A DNA stretch of 64,000 nt from a virus, in IMG/VR virus record IMGVR_UViG_3300025154_000064, positions 24,975 through 88,974 of that record. One strand, 5' to 3'. The notes under the pieces were generated by a model, which searched no databases, was not told the origin of the DNA, and saw only the letters and a list, made by a program, of their open reading frames with translations. A program made the translations under genes and the position numbers. Position 1 is the first letter of the stretch; the number at the start of each line of letters is the position of its first letter. Shown here piece by piece: positions 59,727-64,000 of the stretch.

Positions 59727-60399
59727 CCCAGAGCGCCATGACAGCACCAGCACCCAAAGTACAGACGCCAACGCACATCGCAATTTCTTCAAAGTATTTG
59801 CGCAGTTTCTTTCCCAGAAAATCCGGCAGGACCACCCGGCCAGGCGCGAACCCGGTTTCCACCAGCCGGCCGCGTTCCCGGTAACTTCGTGGCACCCGGA
59901 TTGAGGCGCCGTTTTTCGAAACGACGGTAATGCTTTTGTCCGATGTGGCCGTAACGCCTTGAATTTCAAAGCACATGGTCATGGTTCCCCCCAAGGATGT
60001 CGTTCTTTACGAGTTTCAGAATTCCGGCCGCCAGATAGGCGTCGGCATAGGCGTCAACGCAATCTCTATCCAGGCCGCGCCGGATGATGGTCTTGGCCGT
60101 CTCATGGACAGACGGATTCGCCATCACGCCTTCAATGACGTTCATAGTGTCTTTCGATACGTAACGAAGGTTTAGCATTCTCAACAGTCCCTTCCCCATC
60201 GCTGGGTGATAAGAATCCGGCGCTTGGTTCGCCAGAAGTGCGGACCGTCCTGAAAATATCTTCCAGGACCGCCATAATAGGCGCCTCTGATCCCGATCTC
60301 GATCATAATTTCCTCGTCGGCCTGATCGTTGTTTTTCAGCAACCACCAGGCCAGGCCGGAATCTTCGTACTTGTCCCAGTATTTCACGCCTTTTTTCAT
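59722..60399 (-). CDS. Three small hypothetical proteins (59722..59982, 59966..60178, 60181..60399)
   Basis: Coupled ORFs with RBSs directly upstream of array segment 1. Starts approximate. Confidence 0.55.
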
Positions 60400-60449
60400 G
60401 GTTCACCTCGTGGGTTAAGGCGCCGGGGTGGCGCCTTGTGGGTTGGTTA

Positions 60450-61895
60450 TTAAGGTTTTTCCTTCGGTCTTACGGTAAGGTTCGGCTTAAAATAGACGCT
60501 CGCGCCGAGCTTCCTTGAATCTTTTAGAAGGTTCTCGACCCATTCCCATTCGGGTTGGGATTCCAGTCCGCGACTATTACGGCTTCTGCCACCAACAATC
60601 ACCCAATCGACTCTGAAGTCACTCTTCAAGGTAATGGGTTCAAGCATAGGTTCACATGACAGGAAGAGAATGTTGTCGATATCTTTAATTTTCTCGAAAG
60701 CCACGCCGGCCGAATCAGCTCTTGCCTGCGTATCGGCTGTTGCACCCAGCAAACAGTTCTTCGGAAACTCAAAGTCGGCATAGCGTGCCGGGTTTTTCGT
60801 GAGGAATAAAAAATTCCATTGCGGGTTTTCGCCAACAACTGTCAGCACGCTTTCGATCCACTCATCCGGCACCCAAGGGCCAAACAGGTCAGCCATGCTG
60901 CAAACGAAGACATTGTTATCCAGCACGCCCGGGGGGACTGGCGTATTCGCCGCCGCGCACAGCCTTTCCGGGTGAAACGTAGGCTCAAATGTGCCATCGA
61001 ATCTCATGCCGATATCGTAGGCATAACAATACTCGCACCCATATTTACATCCGGTTACCGGGTTCCACGAATATTTGGCCCACTCGATATTTCCATTGGT
61101 GACGTTGAATTTCGATGTCGATCTTGTTATCTCTTTCTCTTTAATTTCCTGCATTGCCGCGTTAATGGTCTTGGCGCCTGCCTTAACCTCCTCGGCAATT
61201 TCTGGATCAGCTTTTTCGATAGCCTTCGCCATACCGACCATCTTCCCGGAAACGCCTACGGTTTTCGCGGCCTGCTCGCGGGATTCGTTCTCGTGCCGTT
61301 TCTTTGTGAGGTCTTCAAGCCAATTCGTTTTTGACGGGTATGGTTCCGGTTCTGGCTTTTTCTTGGCTATTGATTTAAGCCAGTCATCGCTTCCGGGGTT
61401 TGGTTCCTGTTCCTGATTTTTAGGTTGCGGAATAACCCAAGGCTCTTTGGGTTTTATAACCGCTTCCGGAAAATCTTCCGGAAGCGGTTTGCTGCCATAC
61501 ATACCTGGTCCGCTTGTAGCCTGCCGATCCTTAGCCATCGCCGCATACATCTTCTCCACCTCGATAGCCAGGAACGCCCTCTGACTCTGGTTCAGGTGCC
61601 GGCGGTTCAAGTTTTCCGAAAGGACATAGGCGATCGGATCTACCGGATTAAATTCCTCGATACGCACGTCATTTTCAACATCAATTGACGCGCATAGCCT
61701 ATTCCGGCCATCTATCAGCAGTCCGGCAGATGTAACCCGTGCCGGATGAAGGAAGCCGTTTTTCCTGACATCTTCCACCAAGGCCAAATATTCTTCATCG
61801 CTCATCATCGGCATTAAGTTCGCCGCCGGATGTACCCCAGCCAGATCATAGAGTCGAACAGCTTCTTCTAATTTTTCTTTGAAATTTATTGGCAT
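60450..61895 (-). CDS. ParB/Srx-like domain fused to a DUF5131 (phage Gp37/Gp68, three-Cys) domain
   Basis: N-terminus HPAANLMP..LIDGRNR..SENLNRRHL; C-terminus IEWAKYSWNPVTGCKYGCEYCYA, VFVCSMADLF, LTKNP, LSCEP, WVIVGG. Confidence 0.9.
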   Translation of the reverse strand: MPINFKEKLEEAVRLYDLAGVHPAANLMPMMSDEEYLALVEDVRKNGFLHPARVTSAGLLIDGRNRLCASIDVENDVRIEEFNPVDPIAYVLSENLNRRHLNQSQRAFLAIEVEKMYAAMAKDRQATSGPGMYGSKPLPEDFPEAVIKPKEPWVIPQPKNQEQEPNPGSDDWLKSIAKKKPEPEPYPSKTNWLEDLTKKRHENESREQAAKTVGVSGKMVGMAKAIEKADPEIAEEVKAGAKTINAAMQEIKEKEITRSTSKFNVTNGNIEWAKYSWNPVTGCKYGCEYCYAYDIGMRFDGTFEPTFHPERLCAAANTPVPPGVLDNNVFVCSMADLFGPWVPDEWIESVLTVVGENPQWNFLFLTKNPARYADFEFPKNCLLGATADTQARADSAGVAFEKIKDIDNILFLSCEPMLEPITLKSDFRVDWVIVGGRSRNSRGLESQPEWEWVENLLKDSRKLGASVYFKPNLTVRPKEKP

Positions 61896-62683
61896 GACCG
61901 TTCCTTTTTGGTTAGAAAAAGCGTGTCTATAAGCTGACCAAAAGCGCCACCTGCTTCTCTATATCGAGCACGATCATGGCTTTTTTTAGCGCCAATCTGC
62001 CAATACAGAAATGCGTTATCGACATCTTCGCCATACCGGCCGGTTTCCATCCATTTCGTTGGTCCGGTTATCAGGTAGGCCCATTGCGCATCATCTCCAC
62101 GAAGCGAAACAAGCATTGCATCGTGCCATTCAGGAAGCCACGTCAATATATCCTCAACATGATCATACCATTCGCGCCTTTTCTCTATCGAAAGACGCTT
62201 CAAGCCGCCAACATTACAGCCGAGCGTGGTGAGAGTGGTCGTATATATCGGCGCAGATTCGAGAAGTTTTCTCGTTAACGGCCAGTCTTTAATCGAGTTT
62301 GGGTCGGAATGGATAAAAGCTATTGAGTTTTCCGGTGGGTTGTTAGGGAATCGGCACAAATCAAGAGCGTTAACATTTAGCGCATTCTTGAAACTGCCTG
62401 AAAGTGTTGCGAATGTTATCGGATCTTTTTCGATAAAGAATGCGTCGCACTCGACGTTCCTGTCTTTCATAAATGCCAAATGCTTGCTAAGTATTTGCGG
62501 ACTTGAAATTCTCGAATGATACGACGGTAAACCATCCCCAGCGCACAAATCAAGAATAGTGTATTGCCTCCTCATAGTGCTGCCGAGCTTACCAATTGCC
62601 AGCATCCCGGCTTCTCGACCCACAAGTTTGTTCAACAAAACGTGTTTTCCAAGAGTTCGATTTTTACTGCTTCCTACTGCCAT
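61886..62683 (-). CDS. Three-Cys-motif partner (TcmP-like) SAM-dependent methyltransferase-fold protein
   Basis: TLGKHVLL, ILDLCAGDG, SSP, FIEKD, FIHSDP; adjacent to the DUF5131 gene. Confidence 0.75.
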   Translation of the reverse strand: MAVGSSKNRTLGKHVLLNKLVGREAGMLAIGKLGSTMRRQYTILDLCAGDGLPSYHSRISSPQILSKHLAFMKDRNVECDAFFIEKDPITFATLSGSFKNALNVNALDLCRFPNNPPENSIAFIHSDPNSIKDWPLTRKLLESAPIYTTTLTTLGCNVGGLKRLSIEKRREWYDHVEDILTWLPEWHDAMLVSLRGDDAQWAYLITGPTKWMETGRYGEDVDNAFLYWQIGAKKSHDRARYREAGGAFGQLIDTLFLTKKERSCQ

Positions 62684-62724
62684 TTCCACCCCCATTGTGA
62701 AAGTTTCGGTTCAAAATTTCTTCC

Positions 62725-62768
62725 ACAATGGGATAAAATTGAATTTCTGTCAAGATAAAATTGAAGTT
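62725..62768 (-). promoter_or_regulatory. Leftward sigma70-like promoter with two operator-like half sites
   Basis: AACTTCAATTTTATC-TTGACA-GAAATTCAATTTTATCC-CATTGT; 19/20 identical to 25021-25040. Confidence 0.65.
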
Positions 62769-62782
62769 GGGTGTATTTTTTT

Positions 62783-63712
62783 TCAGGCCGCCTTTGCTCT
62801 CGCAGCTTTGTATCCCAAAAGCTCACTATCCAGCCGTGCGGAAATTTTCTTCATACTCTTGATAACGTCCTCAATTTCCGTAATGCGCCGGCTGTTACAA
62901 TTCACCAACAACCCGGCCTTGTCATCGGCAAAGGGTGTTTCCCGGAATTTCGCCATAGCGGCAAAGAGCTGGCTGAAGGCGGATTTGGCCAGTGCTTTGT
63001 CTTTGTTTGTTTCCACCGGTTTAGCCTTATCCAGAAGGCTCAACTGGGCCTCTTTTTCAAGGAACACTTCTATGTGTTTCAACATGCTGGCAACATCTTT
63101 TCCGCGCCGTGACACATCATAGCATTTCATAACCCGGCTCGGCTTCACAGTGGCCAGTTTTCTGGCAACCGCTTTAGGCAACCGGCCAGCGTCAAATTCG
63201 CGTAGCAAAATTTCGGGCAAGCCAAGTATCGGCAAATCGGCTTTGAGTGTCGTCAACGAAGTCCCAAATGCCTTGGCGCAAGTTTCCAAAGGAATGCAAT
63301 GGACGTTGACGGCCTTGTCGATCGCCTTGAGAGTTTCCAAAGCTCCCATATCCTTCCGAACGGCGTTATCCATGATCTGGTCCACAAAAATGTCACCATC
63401 AGTCTCTTCTGAATAGTCACAGATCTTCGCTTCGATTTCCAAGCCATCATCACCGGCACGGAAACCTTCCCTTTCGCTACCATCCCAGTACATATTCACA
63501 TACAGGGACACCGCCGTATAACGACATTCCCCATTGACTATCCAGTACCGACCAGGAATGTCCGGGTTTTCTCTTACATGAATTGGGTTCTTTAGACCCC
63601 TTTCCGCAATAGAGACGGCCAGTTCATCCCGCAGGTATTCCACGGGTTTGGTTTTTCGTGGTTGATGAATATCCGGGTCGATCGCGCTGATTTTAATGAA
63701 TTGAGTTGCCAT
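62783..63712 (-). CDS. ParB/Spo0J-family protein
   Basis: HQPRK..LAVSIAERGLKNPIHVR..IVNGECRY..DNAVRKDM, followed by an HTH. Confidence 0.9.
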   Translation of the reverse strand: MATQFIKISAIDPDIHQPRKTKPVEYLRDELAVSIAERGLKNPIHVRENPDIPGRYWIVNGECRYTAVSLYVNMYWDGSEREGFRAGDDGLEIEAKICDYSEETDGDIFVDQIMDNAVRKDMGALETLKAIDKAVNVHCIPLETCAKAFGTSLTTLKADLPILGLPEILLREFDAGRLPKAVARKLATVKPSRVMKCYDVSRRGKDVASMLKHIEVFLEKEAQLSLLDKAKPVETNKDKALAKSAFSQLFAAMAKFRETPFADDKAGLLVNCNSRRITEIEDVIKSMKKISARLDSELLGYKAARAKAA

Positions 63713-63941
63713 GAGTTTTTCCTCCAGGTGGTTGGATTTTAAAGTTTGGTGGGTTTCGAGAGGCCGATTTCTAAAATAATCAAAAAAAACAAGAATCGAG
63801 GCCTTCTTGACGGAAAAAAAAAATTCTACATGTGCGGGTGCGTTTTCCGGGAAATTAAAGATGTTGATTATTTGTTTTTTTTTTTTTTTTTATTATTACT
63901 ATACTAGAAGAAACCATCAAATTTTCTTGCTGCAAAGTTGA

Positions 63942-63997
63942 TCAATCGACACCGGCTTGAATTCAATTCAAGGCTTTTTCCAGCCGGTGTCGATTGA
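63942..63997. repeat. 16-bp perfect inverted repeat after an AT-rich, poly-T region
   Basis: TCAATCGACACCGGCT-24 nt-AGCCGGTGTCGATTGA; T17 run at 63875-63891. Confidence 0.8.
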
Positions 63998-64000
63998 ACA

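Noticed and set aside
59370-59969. ORFs over the arrays (59370..59969, 59476..59691, 59519..59884, 57968..58249, 58032..58400, 56905..57399)
   Set aside because: Their 12-aa periodicity (CEP..LNT, LAR..LCL) is a by-product of the 36-nt unit. They are open in several frames and on both strands, and conservation is at nucleotide rather than codon level.
1-64000. Alternative genetic code suggested by the release-factor-like gene and the stop-interrupted ORF
   Set aside because: Long genes are intact in the standard code, and TAA, TAG and TGA all serve as real terminators.

Overview
This window is about 64 kb of a temperate long-tailed (siphovirus-like) phage genome, apparently in its excised form because the attP-like site is intact. 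From left to right it holds: (1) a tail module with tube, frameshifted G/GT chaperone, tape measure, lambda M/L/K-like proteins and a 2.7 kaa central fibre; (2) PhoH and a P-loop kinase; (3) an integration region whose putative att core is the 3' end of a tRNA-Sec, beside a tyrosine integrase; (4) an accessory leftward operon (ArfB-like GGQ protein, metallopeptidase, patatin); (5) a cI/cro-like switch; (6) a replication and recombination operon (Sak4, SSB, Cas4-like nuclease, HNH, helicase, primase-polymerase, VRR-NUC, glycyl-radical domain, DksA/TraR, SleB, DEDD exonuclease); and (7) a long leftward early region (second recombinase, DUF4942 methyltransferase, ThyX, beta-clamp-like protein, many small Cys-rich ORFs, ParB-DUF5131, TcmP, ParB). 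The standout feature is at 57182-59726. Four array segments hold 20 complete units with a strict 36-nt period, built from two alternating 9-nt repeats and unique 9-nt spacers (minus-strand unit AGCCA-N9-TTAAACACA-N9-TGCG). They are interleaved with a nuclease-less Nop/IS110-like protein carrying a zinc-ribbon insertion and with an unknown 216-aa gene. This architecture matches an RNA-guided TIGR-Tas-type system in an unusual split-array form with an accessory gene. All family assignments come from motifs read by eye; no database search was run.
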